Positions 47,072 through 55,290 of a DNA stretch of 64,000 nt are shown piece by piece. Both the position numbers and the translations under genes were made by a program. Under the pieces are notes generated by a model. That model was given only the letters and a program-made list of their open reading frames with translations. It was not told the origin of the DNA and made no database searches. The stretch lies in the sequence record NC_094493.1, one strand, 5' to 3'. Source of the DNA: a phage. The number at the start of each line of letters is the position of its first letter. Position 1 is the stretch's first letter.

Positions 47072-47452
47072 ATGAAAAACACCACCAAGGCTATTGACAC
47101 CGTTATGTTTAACCTGGTTACATTCCGTGAAGATATGAAAGATCTTCCACGTGAAACTGTGTGCGACCATATCGAAAACTATCGCAAACTAATCAAAGAG
47201 TTGCCTTTAAAACGTGACCAATATGCGGCTAACGCTATGCTTAACGCCATGATCAAAAAGATGATTCAGTGTGATTTAACTCTGGCCTATGATTATGCAG
47301 GTGGTCGTTTTGCAGTATACAATCAGCCCGTGCCTGGTATGAGCACCACCGAAGAATTGCACGCGCTCAATCTAAAACAAGATGTGTGGGATAGTATGCC
47401 CCGCGTGGTGGTATGGGTAGAAAGCGGAAAGATTTACGGCGATAATTTTTAA
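47072..47452 (+). CDS. hypothetical protein
   Basis: ATG after AAAGAGGAAAACATC; ORF-track start 47036 lies inside the 5' hairpin. Confidence 0.6.
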   Translation: MKNTTKAIDTVMFNLVTFREDMKDLPRETVCDHIENYRKLIKELPLKRDQYAANAMLNAMIKKMIQCDLTLAYDYAGGRFAVYNQPVPGMSTTEELHALNLKQDVWDSMPRVVVWVESGKIYGDNF

Positions 47453-47462
47453 TCAGGTAACA

Positions 47463-47490
47463 GGCGGCGGCATATTTGCCGCCTTATTGT
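47463..47490 (+). terminator. intrinsic terminator
   Basis: GGCGGCggcatatttGCCGCC followed by TTATTGTT. Confidence 0.55.
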
Positions 47491-47519
47491 TAATCAGAAC
47501 TGTAAAAGAGGTACATAGA

Positions 47520-47891
47520 ATGGAATTTATTATTTTGGCTATATTAGTTGCCTTGTTTAACGCCTGGATCGCTGGCAAGATGGGCAGATCCGCCTTTTTA
47601 TGGTTTATTATATCTATTTTCCTGGGAGTGGTTGCAACTATTGTATTGGTTATCCTTGCAATTGTTGACAAGGGGAATAATAGAAAGGGTAAAGTATTTT
47701 CAGACCTGTACGACGCTCAAACATTTGTCAACGCCTACTACAGCGATCTTCCAGTCTCCCTACGTTGCAGCCTTGCACAACAGGTTTTCGATGAAGCTAA
47801 AACCAGAGATCACGCCCATGAGATTTGTTTAACTGAGGCGGATCGCCTATTTGAGAGGAATAGAAAATATGTGGACCAGCCGTTTAAATAA
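47520..47891 (+). CDS. hypothetical membrane protein (two predicted TM helices)
   Basis: ATG after AAAGAGG; MEFIILAILVALFNAWIAG and FLWFIISIFLGVVATIVLVILAIV. Confidence 0.55.
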   Translation: MEFIILAILVALFNAWIAGKMGRSAFLWFIISIFLGVVATIVLVILAIVDKGNNRKGKVFSDLYDAQTFVNAYYSDLPVSLRCSLAQQVFDEAKTRDHAHEICLTEADRLFERNRKYVDQPFK

Positions 47892-48090
47892 TGCCACGTT
47901 AATTAATCCCTTTAGTGAAGATTTGAAGCCAGCCGCCTGGCGCGATGGATTCAATAACGAAAGCTTTATTTTCAGGCCTGATCTTAAGGAATTTTATAAC
48001 AATGGATCGAACAACGACAGAGATAATTTTTCTTGTAATGTGCGTGGTGATAATACTCCTGGGGGCCATTGCAAACCACGTCACTGCTAA
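47869..48090 (+). CDS. hypothetical protein
   Basis: ATG after GAGAGGAA; overlaps end of upstream gene; frame choice uncertain. Confidence 0.4.
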   Translation: MWTSRLNNATLINPFSEDLKPAAWRDGFNNESFIFRPDLKEFYNNGSNNDRDNFSCNVRGDNTPGGHCKPRHC

Positions 48091-48110
48091 CAGGAGGGAA
48101 GGGGGAGACG

Positions 48111-48230
48111 ATGACAACCAAGGATAAGCCCCGCACCGATAAGGTGCGCCGTGTTATGGTATGGCTTGAGATCATCGCCCTTGAAATATTGTTAGGCGTA
48201 GGGATGTACTTTATCGCTGTAAGTAACTGA
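48111..48230 (+). CDS. putative small membrane peptide (39 aa)
   Basis: ATG after GGGAAGGGGGAG; hydrophobic WLEIIALEILLGVGMYFIAV. Confidence 0.35.
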   Translation: MTTKDKPRTDKVRRVMVWLEIIALEILLGVGMYFIAVSN

Positions 48231-48234
48231 TAAC

Positions 48235-48265
48235 GGCCCCCAATCCCTGGGGGCTTAACTTTTTC
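48235..48265 (+). terminator. intrinsic terminator
   Basis: GGCCCCCaatccctGGGGGC followed by a T-rich run. Confidence 0.6.
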
Positions 48266-48286
48266 AAAAATTTTTCTTCCCGGGTG

Positions 48287-48315
48287 TTGCAATCCGGTCC
48301 GGAATATGGATAATA
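48287..48315 (+). promoter_or_regulatory. sigma70-type early promoter with 5'-UTR hairpin
   Basis: TTGCAA, 17-nt spacer, ATAATA; then GGGGAgcaaTCCCC hairpin. Confidence 0.5.
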
Positions 48316-48366
48316 ACAATCAACGGGGAGCAATCCCCACCACAAAGACTAGAAAGGAGAAACAAA

Positions 48367-48567
48367 ATGAGCAATAATATCCGCGTTATTAACTTCAAAA
48401 AAGAAGAAAAAATTGCCGTGCTGATTGACGGTCAAGAAATCTTTAAAGGTGATTATGAAGATCATCAAACGGCGATTAGTATCACTCGCGTGATTGGTTA
48501 CCACAATTTTTACCCTCAAGGCGCTGAGGCAGCAGTAAAACGAATTAAAGAGATTGTAGGCCTGTAA
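48367..48567 (+). CDS. hypothetical protein (66 aa)
   Basis: ATG after AAAGGAGAAACAAA. Confidence 0.6.
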   Translation: MSNNIRVINFKKEEKIAVLIDGQEIFKGDYEDHQTAISITRVIGYHNFYPQGAEAAVKRIKEIVGL

Positions 48568-48569
48568 AA

Positions 48570-48616
48570 TTTATTTTTAGATGGCCTTGACTCCAGGGCC
48601 ATCGATAAAGTAAATT
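48570..48616 (+). promoter_or_regulatory. repeated palindrome-bearing promoter element, copy 3
   Basis: TTATTTTTAGATGGCCTTGACTCCAGGGCCATCGATAAAGTAAATT, near-identical to copies at 44207 and 44829. Confidence 0.55.
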
Positions 48617-48658
48617 TAAACCCTGTTAAAATAATCAGTGCAAAAAGGAGTAATGATC

Positions 48659-48958
48659 ATGTTTATCCAGGCTAATAATCTTTATTTCTTTGATGGTCAG
48701 ATCGTAGACGGCGTGGAAGTAGAGATCACTGGGTGCCCCGGTGGTCAGGCTATGATGTTCCGTAATAATGCCTTTGATGATCCCTGTATCCTCCTGGCGA
48801 TGGAAGTTACCAAGCTGGATGATAAGAAAACGCTGATTGACTATTCTATTAAAGATCATCCTGATTATCATATGATTCATGGCGATCTGTGTATCGTTGA
48901 CCGTGACAAGGTGGGCGGCATTGTGATCGCTATTGTGAACGATGTTTTCTCTAAATAA
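48659..48958 (+). CDS. hypothetical protein
   Basis: ATG 8 nt after AGGAG; ORF-track start 48638 is GTG. Confidence 0.6.
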   Translation: MFIQANNLYFFDGQIVDGVEVEITGCPGGQAMMFRNNAFDDPCILLAMEVTKLDDKKTLIDYSIKDHPDYHMIHGDLCIVDRDKVGGIVIAIVNDVFSK

Positions 48959-49016
48959 TTCCGGCAAATGATGCAAAATAAGGCCCCTGGCAGGGCCTGC
49001 AGCGATATAATCACAT

Positions 49017-49050
49017 AAAGGCTATGCGGTTGCATGGCCTTTATTATTTT
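49017..49050 (+). terminator. intrinsic terminator (preceded by a second GC hairpin)
   Basis: AAAGGCtatgcggttgcatgGCCTTT followed by ATTATTTT; AGGCCCctggcaGGGCCT hairpin at 48981. Confidence 0.6.
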
Positions 49051-49098
49051 AGCGTTACAGCTGCCCCCAAGGCGCTTAAAAAATTTTTAAAGAAGTAC

Positions 49099-49127
49099 TT
49101 GCATCAAGTCCTACAATATGGATAATA
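49099..49127 (+). promoter_or_regulatory. sigma70-type early promoter
   Basis: TTGCAT, 17-nt spacer, ATAATA; ATATGGATAATA block shared with the 48287 promoter. Confidence 0.5.
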
Positions 49128-49187
49128 AAGGGTGTCGGGGGGCGGTGAGGCCTCCAATCATTAACCAGATAGATAGGAGTTAAAACC

Positions 49188-49472
49188 ATGGCTATTGTTA
49201 CCGTTGGCGATGTAGTAGAAATGGAAGCCAAATACTTAAAAGCGGGTATGCATATCATACGGAATGATCAAGAATTGTTATTAACCATGGTTGAATATAA
49301 TCCCGGTCAGGATTATCCTAGCGTTGACTACTTTTTCCAGTATGTTGATGAAGAATTAAAAGAGGATGAGGCTTATCAGGGTGAATTTTGTAATTTCTTT
49401 TGCCCTGATGAGGTTGTAAAAGTTATTTATCAACCTGGCGTACCTTTCCCGTTGCACGCCATCAATAAATAA
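49188..49472 (+). CDS. hypothetical protein (94 aa)
   Basis: ATG after TAGGAG RBS. Confidence 0.6.
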   Translation: MAIVTVGDVVEMEAKYLKAGMHIIRNDQELLLTMVEYNPGQDYPSVDYFFQYVDEELKEDEAYQGEFCNFFCPDEVVKVIYQPGVPFPLHAINK

Positions 49473-49534
49473 GCCTGGCGGGGCCGAAAAGGCCCCTCCT
49501 GAAATTATGAAAAAATAAAGAGGGGTAAATCATC

Positions 49535-49762
49535 ATGATTGAACAAGTTAAACGCGCCGAGGCTATTAATGGCAATGTGATCTATTTTGTCAGCAAAAAC
49601 GAAAAAGTACCATATGCGGCGGTAATAGTACAGCCTGACGGCAATTATTGGTTTACTGTATACGGATCTTATTCTTTTGGGCGTCCGGTGCATGATAGAA
49701 TTTTGAAAGTAGCGAACCCTACCGGGAAGAATATCACAGCAGAAAAATTTTTTGAAAAATAG
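49535..49762 (+). CDS. hypothetical protein (75 aa)
   Basis: ATG after AGAGGGG; preceded by CCTGGCGGGGCC motif and GGCC...GGCC hairpin. Confidence 0.55.
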   Translation: MIEQVKRAEAINGNVIYFVSKNEKVPYAAVIVQPDGNYWFTVYGSYSFGRPVHDRILKVANPTGKNITAEKFFEK

Positions 49763-49793
49763 TTGACATGACCGTATAAGACTGTAGTATATA
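49763..49793 (+). promoter_or_regulatory. sigma70-type early promoter with 5'-UTR hairpin
   Basis: TTGACA, 17-19-nt spacer, TATA-rich -10 (GTATATA); then GGGGGCaaGCCCC hairpin. Confidence 0.55.
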
Positions 49794-49838
49794 AATCAAA
49801 GGGGGCAAGCCCCACCAACCACAAAGAGGATAAAAACC

Positions 49839-50018
49839 ATGGCTATTATTGCAAAGACCGAGATTGTAGGGTTAGATTCTATTCTCCTGGCATATGAGGA
49901 AGCTATAGAAATGTATGTGGTTTCCTACGGTGAATATATCCGTGAATATAAATCTGTTGATCTAGCTTTTGAATGTTATATTCGCCAGGTCAATAAAGCA
50001 TATGATGATTATCGTTAA
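49839..50018 (+). CDS. hypothetical small protein (59 aa)
   Basis: ATG after AAAGAGGATAAAAACC; absent from the ORF track (under 60 aa). Confidence 0.5.
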   Translation: MAIIAKTEIVGLDSILLAYEEAIEMYVVSYGEYIREYKSVDLAFECYIRQVNKAYDDYR

Positions 50019-50024
50019 AATAGT

Positions 50025-50052
50025 TTGACAACAATTATAAATCGGGTAGAAT
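50025..50052 (+). promoter_or_regulatory. sigma70-type early promoter with 5'-UTR hairpin
   Basis: TTGACA, 16-nt spacer, TAGAAT; then GCGGCAatgaTGCCGC hairpin. Confidence 0.6.
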
Positions 50053-50103
50053 GTATTTCGTAGGGCGGCAATGATGCCGCTCACAACTAGAAGAGGGGTC
50101 ATC

Positions 50104-50298
50104 ATGGCGCTTAAAAAACTAACAAGCAATACTCGTTGGGATGAAATCGACGGGGAAGTTTACATTTTCGCCCGTAAACCAGGGGATCAAAAATGGTCAA
50201 AGGCTTTTACTTGCCACCCTGCAACAATAGACCTGATAAAAAGGGAAGGTCTACGTGAAGCAGTATCAAGAAGCCTACTGATCCCTTGTAAAAAATAG
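50104..50298 (+). CDS. hypothetical protein
   Basis: ATG after GAAGAGGGG; ORF-track start 50071 lies within the 5' hairpin. Confidence 0.55.
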   Translation: MALKKLTSNTRWDEIDGEVYIFARKPGDQKWSKAFTCHPATIDLIKREGLREAVSRSLLIPCKK

Positions 50299-50327
50299 TT
50301 GGACAATACGCGGTTACCTGGTAAAGT
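50299..50327 (+). promoter_or_regulatory. weak sigma70-type promoter
   Basis: TTGGAC, 17-nt spacer, TAAAGT; then GGGCG...CGCCC hairpin. Confidence 0.4.
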
Positions 50328-50379
50328 GTACGACATAGGGCGGGGCAATAAGGCAACGCCCATTAATGAGGGTGGAATC

Positions 50380-50484
50380 ATGTTAGAGAAAATTTTCACG
50401 GTTGTAGTAGTGGGCCTGGCGTTATCGGTTGGAGTAGTTGCAACTATGGCTAACATGATCCTATCTTCCCACGGTATTGGATAA
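50380..50484 (+). CDS. putative small membrane peptide (34 aa)
   Basis: ATG after GAGGGTGGA; hydrophobic FTVVVVGLALSVGVVATMANMIL. Confidence 0.35.
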   Translation: MLEKIFTVVVVGLALSVGVVATMANMILSSHGIG

Positions 50485-50494
50485 GGTGAATCAA

Positions 50495-50710
50495 ATGATC
50501 ACGAATAAAACAGGTAAAACAGAATTTTTACGCGGCTTGCAGATCGGCAAGCCTGAGATCTGGTATTGCACTAAAACACCACGTGACGAAATGAAAGATT
50601 TTACCGCCACGCTGAAGCGGGTAAAGATATCTATCACGCAGAAAAAAGCCTTGATAGTGGTTGAAGGTGAGATCCCCCAAACCGTTGTTATAGTTGAGCG
50701 TACAGCATAG
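50495..50710 (+). CDS. hypothetical protein
   Basis: ATG after AAGGTG; ORF-track start 50477 is TTG. Confidence 0.5.
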   Translation: MITNKTGKTEFLRGLQIGKPEIWYCTKTPRDEMKDFTATLKRVKISITQKKALIVVEGEIPQTVVIVERTA

Positions 50711-50798
50711 TTTAATTTATAGAGATACCTGAAAATTAACCAATAAAGCATAAACAGGCGGTAACCGCCTTAAACGTAGCAGAAAGAGGATAGACACA

Positions 50799-51083
50799 AT
50801 GAAAAAGATGATCGCAGTGGTTGCCCTGGTTGTTGGACTTAATGCGCCTGTAATGGCTAAAGAGCTGGCAAAAGAGGTTAATCTAACGGATATTCATGCC
50901 GTCAATCAAATCGGGGTTACTTATCGCTTATGCCTTGCCGCTAAAACTTTTAATGACGGCACAACAGAGTACTACGGATTCGAGGGTATCCGGTGCGGTG
51001 AGCTTGCTCGCGACCTTAAGGAAGATCCAGATCTGGAAGATCTACCCATCACCGTAAACGGTAAAGCTTACGTAAACCGTTAA
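50799..51083 (+). CDS. hypothetical secreted protein
   Basis: ATG after AAAGAGGA; signal-peptide-like N-terminus MKKMIAVVALVVGLNAPVMA. Confidence 0.6.
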   Translation: MKKMIAVVALVVGLNAPVMAKELAKEVNLTDIHAVNQIGVTYRLCLAAKTFNDGTTEYYGFEGIRCGELARDLKEDPDLEDLPITVNGKAYVNR

Positions 51084-51085
51084 CC

Positions 51086-51220
51086 ATGAGAAAGATAACC
51101 ATCACCTTGGGGATTGTGGTAGCAATACTGGCGCTCTTTCCCCTTATGGTTAGGTATGTGCTGATCAGTGTTGTCCTGATAGTCAGTGATCTATTGGAAA
51201 CGGTTGGCACCTTGTTTTAA
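51086..51220 (+). CDS. putative small membrane peptide (44 aa)
   Basis: ATG 2 nt after upstream stop; hydrophobic ITLGIVVAILALFPLMVRYVLISVVLIV; not in the ORF track. Confidence 0.3.
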   Translation: MRKITITLGIVVAILALFPLMVRYVLISVVLIVSDLLETVGTLF

Positions 51221-51233
51221 AGAGCGATAAAAA

Positions 51234-51425
51234 ATGAATATCGAACAAGTTAGAAAGGTATTAGCGGTACTGCGTTATCATAATCATAGAAAGGTCATAG
51301 ACGATCCTGATTATGTTGATTCAAGCCTGGAAGAGGATACACTACAAGCCATAAGTAACATGCAAGAATTGCTAAAGCGCATGACAGAGAAAAACCGACC
51401 GGACTACATAGGCGAAAAAATATAA
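51234..51425 (+). CDS. hypothetical protein (63 aa)
   Basis: ATG-initiated ORF followed by a terminator. Confidence 0.5.
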   Translation: MNIEQVRKVLAVLRYHNHRKVIDDPDYVDSSLEEDTLQAISNMQELLKRMTEKNRPDYIGEKI

Positions 51426-51441
51426 TATTTATAAACTACAA

Positions 51442-51469
51442 AACAGGGCTTGCAATGGTCCTGTTTTTT
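51442..51469 (+). terminator. intrinsic terminator
   Basis: ACAGGgcttgcaatggtCCTGT followed by TTTTTTG. Confidence 0.7.
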
Positions 51470-51505
51470 GTTATACTTATTCCACGGCAGGCACCTGGCG
51501 ACGGG

Positions 51506-51529
51506 GGGAGACAATCACCGGGCCTGCCT
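51506..51529. repeat. inverted copy of the 42413 motif (copy B)
   Basis: GGGAGACAATCACCGGGCCTGCCT is the reverse complement (23/24) of 42413..42436; preceded by CACCTGGCGACGGGG, which resembles the CCTGGCGGGGCC motif. Confidence 0.5.
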
Positions 51530-51553
51530 GTCATATAAGAACTATAAAAACCG

Positions 51554-51582
51554 TTGACATCTGCCATGGGGTGGGGTAACAT
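51554..51582 (+). promoter_or_regulatory. sigma70-type early promoter with 5'-UTR hairpin
   Basis: TTGACA, 17-nt spacer, TAACAT; then GGGGCaagacgtttGCCCC hairpin. Confidence 0.55.
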
Positions 51583-51640
51583 TTATCTTGAAGGGGCAAG
51601 ACGTTTGCCCCACACAACAACCAGAAGAGAGGAAAACATC

Positions 51641-51913
51641 ATGTCAAGCTGGATTAATCAAGAGGTCGAATCACGTTTTAATGCTATATGGGATCTCATC
51701 GAAAAAGAGGACGGAACATCAAGCCCTTACCTCAATAATCTTGAATTCCATTTTGTGGAAGCGATGAACGCAGAACATGATCACGAAGGTGGTGCGGACG
51801 AGTTCGCTAAAGGGTATGGCTTCAACAATGCCAACGAAATGATCGAGGCGGTTGTACTCCAGGCTGAGGAAGATTATCAATTAAAAACGCTTGAATTCTG
51901 CCGCCGTAAGTAA
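51641..51913 (+). CDS. hypothetical acidic protein
   Basis: ATG after AGAGAGGAAAACATC; ORF-track start 51554 lies within promoter/hairpin. Confidence 0.6.
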   Translation: MSSWINQEVESRFNAIWDLIEKEDGTSSPYLNNLEFHFVEAMNAEHDHEGGADEFAKGYGFNNANEMIEAVVLQAEEDYQLKTLEFCRRK

Positions 51914-51974
51914 TAAGATAATGACACGGGCCAAAAGGCCCACTAAACCAGGACCACATAAAGAGGAAAACATC

Positions 51975-52238
51975 ATGAAACGTCTTGACCAGCTCAAACT
52001 AGTTCAGTACATGGCTTACAGAATTCTTGAAGTCCAAAAAGGTAGCAAAAAAGAAGTTTGCGAGAAAGCGTACAAGATCTTTACTCGCAAAAAAGACGAT
52101 TGGATGTTACGCCAGACTAAAAAGGCTGACATCTTGGGGTACCTGGAAGAAGAGATCCGGCTTGAAGAACAAGAAGAGATCCGCCGTAGTGAGGCAGATT
52201 ATCAGGCAGCTTGGGAAAACTGGATGAGCAACAAATAA
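51975..52238 (+). CDS. hypothetical protein
   Basis: ATG after AAAGAGGAAAACATC preceded by GGGCCaaaaGGCCC hairpin; ORF-track start 51891 is TTG. Confidence 0.6.
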   Translation: MKRLDQLKLVQYMAYRILEVQKGSKKEVCEKAYKIFTRKKDDWMLRQTKKADILGYLEEEIRLEEQEEIRRSEADYQAAWENWMSNK

Positions 52239-52304
52239 TACAACAAGTTACATGGTCAGGGGCAATAAAGCCCCTTGATTACATAAAAATTATGCTATCC
52301 CTTG

Positions 52305-52333
52305 TTGACAGGGATCGGCAGTTTTGCTATATT
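52305..52333 (+). promoter_or_regulatory. sigma70-type early promoter
   Basis: TTGACA, 17-nt spacer, TATATT. Confidence 0.65.
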
Positions 52334-52382
52334 CTTTTTTGAAGGGAAGTTGTAAGAAAATTAACTAAGAGGTAAAAACACC

Positions 52383-52802
52383 ATGAACATTAAATCTGAT
52401 AATCCGGCATATAGCTTTGATAACGCTTTTTGTCACGGTCCGGCGGCGAAAGGATTCGAAATCGATGGTAAACTAGTTATTGTTAATGTTGACGGGGAAG
52501 AGGTTGCAGTATATCCGGTGGCAGACGTTAAAAGCCGTCTACAATGCCGCATGGATGTTACCGCCTATCAGCTTGATCCGGTCCGGGTAGTTGCCCTGGT
52601 CCTGGAAGAAGAAATTAAAGCAATGCACCACAGCAACAAGTTTATTGGTGACGCTCAAGATAATATGCAGGTATGCCGCTATAAAGTTAATGAAGTGCTT
52701 AAAGAGTACGGCTATAAGGATTTAATGATCAAGCGTGATGAAAAATTCCGCTACCGTAACGACCTGGCAAATCGGATTTTTGAAATATACGAATCATTAT
52801 AA
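52383..52802 (+). CDS. hypothetical protein (139 aa)
   Basis: ATG after AAGAGGTAAAAACACC; last plus-strand early gene. Confidence 0.6.
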   Translation: MNIKSDNPAYSFDNAFCHGPAAKGFEIDGKLVIVNVDGEEVAVYPVADVKSRLQCRMDVTAYQLDPVRVVALVLEEEIKAMHHSNKFIGDAQDNMQVCRYKVNEVLKEYGYKDLMIKRDEKFRYRNDLANRIFEIYESL

Positions 52803-52821
52803 TTTTTTAACTGAATTATCA

Positions 52822-52846
52822 AGGGGCTTAGGCCCCTTTCTTTTTG
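52822..52846 (+). terminator. intrinsic terminator closing the plus-strand early block
   Basis: AGGGGCttagGCCCCT followed by TTCTTTTTG. Confidence 0.7.
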
Positions 52847-53565
52847 TCTGCTCTTCCCCCTACCATAAACGGCCCTACCTGGCAAGTGGAATAATTGACG
52901 AGCCATCAATCCCACACACTGTACAAATATACATGTAAAATAGCTATTGCATAACCTTTCATTGTGTGGTAGCAGGGCTATTTTTACCCGTTTTCCCTTC
53001 CAAAATTGCACGTAATGCCGCTATTGCACAAATTTTAACCTGATGCACATCTCCAATATCTTGTCAACAACTAAAAATCTTTATAAGTCATACACTTACA
53101 CAACATAGAAAGCGTGTCCTACGCGAAAAATCGAGTATAACTATAGCCGCCAGATCTCAGAATTCACGTACGCACGCCATTCTATAGCCTGCAAAGTATT
53201 TATTCCAACCACAGAATAACGGAATAGTCAATACCTGCATAAAATAATTATTCGTGTAAACTGCATAACATAAATCAGCTCAGGTGTCAACATTTTTCGT
53301 AAACAGTCCGAAATTATCACGATGAGTTATCATAAACAGAGAAATCTTTAGTCGTCTAATGTTTACTGTACATTACTATACTGACTGGAATCATTAGATG
53401 ACTAAGAGAAAGATAAGAAATAATTAATAATGTGATTATTTTACCTGTAACAATAAGGCAACTATGCAAACGAATGGCATGGCGCGACGGAGTCGCGACA
53501 TAATATAAAAGCAGTAACCATCACCCCCGTGATAGTTTGTCTGCAATCTATTAATCAGATCATAG

Positions 53566-53616
53566 TTGCCTTGTATTTAGTTAATCATGACATAACAAGC
53601 AAGGCAACTATAGATC
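53566..53616. repeat. long palindrome in the non-coding convergent zone
   Basis: CATAGTTGCCTTG...CAAGGCAACTATAG inverted repeat (13-bp arms, about 26-nt loop); AAGGCAACTATG also at 53455 and TAGTTGCCCTG at 53624. Confidence 0.5.
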
Positions 53617-55290
53617 TTCTAATAGTTGCCCTGCTTTTATATTATGTCATAGAAACACCCGAAGGGGTGACCAAAGGTCACCTGGCATAGCCAGCGAAAG
53701 ATTATTAACTTGCTAATCGTTATCATGCAAACGAATGGCATGGCTTATAATTTTTGAGCAAATAGTCTATACGTGAACAGTGAGGCATGCAATAGTAACA
53801 ATTGTTATTATATCCAGTGTTTAGTTTGCCCAGTGTGTCACTATTATGTCATATTATGTCACAGTATGTCAGACAAGTTTTTCTCCTCTTTGTCAAGTGC
53901 TGCATGAAAAATTTACAAGCTGGTATGGTAGCATTTTTGCGGTCCTGTTTACATTCAGTAATGTATGTATAATCCTTGTTGTGTGGGCGTTTAGACGTCT
54001 AGACGGTTGGAAGTCCACAGGTCAATATCTAATCTATCGGCTGCTAACTATATCCCACACAAATAGTAAGAAATATGATTGTTATATGCGTAAACAGTAA
54101 CTCATGTTATCAATCCCTGTATGTATCGCCAGTGGTGCGCATAATGGGTATTATGTTAAATTGCCCGTAATGATAATGGTTCTCACAATGATATGTATTC
54201 TCATTCCCCCACACAAAATAGATTGCAAATGTTGTGCCACTATGTGAACGGCCTCACCTATTAATTTGCCTCACTGCCTCGATATTTGAGAATTGTTATA
54301 AGAATGAGAATGATTCCCATTTCGTCCGCCTGGCAGCACTCCTGTAGGACAAGCACAAAATCGTGGCATAGCTGGACCTGTTCAGATATTTCTGGCTGGC
54401 TCTTCAGGTCTGTGTGGGAAAAGCCAACCCCCTCCGGCGGCGGGGAGGGTGTCAATTAAAAAATTTATGGGGTATATGAAGCGCTCTTCAGGTAAGGCAT
54501 GTACTATGGGATGAAACCCTCTTCAGGCAATGATATTTGTGGGTGTGATATTTGCTGGAAAGCCAGATATGACGGGACTCCCGGCGGGGCAGGGGTAGTA
54601 CAGACAGGGAAAATATGGGGATGTAGTTGGGTGAATTGATCGGGCAGGTAGAGTACGGAATATGTTACAAGTATGTTAAATATGGAGGGTGAATATCTGC
54701 AGGATTTGTGTGTAAAATCAAAGACTTAAGTAGTGTTGTGGTATTTTCTATAAATAATTCAAGTTTAATAGGTAATATTTGTCTCTATCCACTTTGTGTG
54801 GTAAACAAATTCAAATGAGATTGGTTTACAAGTGTATACATAATATGCAAATTAAAGATACAAGAAACCCCCCTCCCCCTTCGGCTACCATTCACCTTTT
54901 CCTCTGACTGGTACTTAAACACTTATTCAGACTCTTCAGGTTATCACCCATACACCATATGGCAGTGACTGGTGTCCTCCGGCCCCTCTTTCGTCACCCG
55001 TCCGCTTCGCCATGCTAATGCCATAGCCAAATGTTCGGTTGTTCACCCTGTTCACTCAGGTGTATCTCCATACCCCTTCAAACCGAAGAGAACAGAAAAC
55101 CCGAATTACTCGGTAAAAGAAAAGAGAAGAACTTAATTTTATCAGGATAGGCAAGAATGTCAAGGCATGACTGCTCACTAAACAAGCAAACAGTCATGTG
55201 TGGGAGGTAAGTGATTGTGGTGGTAGGAAATTTAGTTGAAAGATGTGTTATAGGTGCTTCCAGCACTTTAGCCTGGCAGCTAATTGTGTG

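Noticed and set aside
44207-48616. The repeated 45-bp element could be a CRISPR array
   Set aside because: The copies are 620 bp and 3.7 kb apart, each upstream of a protein-coding gene with -35/-10 hexamers; there is no regular repeat-spacer periodicity and no cas genes.
53846-54455. ORFs 53846..54100 (+) and 54261..54455 (-) in the non-coding zone
   Set aside because: No recognisable RBS, low-complexity hydrophobic translations, and they sit inside palindrome-rich sequence; most likely chance ORFs.
52851-55290. tRNA genes in the large non-coding zone
   Set aside because: Scanning by eye found no T-loop (GGTTCGAATCC-like) or cloverleaf-compatible arrangement; unverified without a tRNA scan, so none is called.
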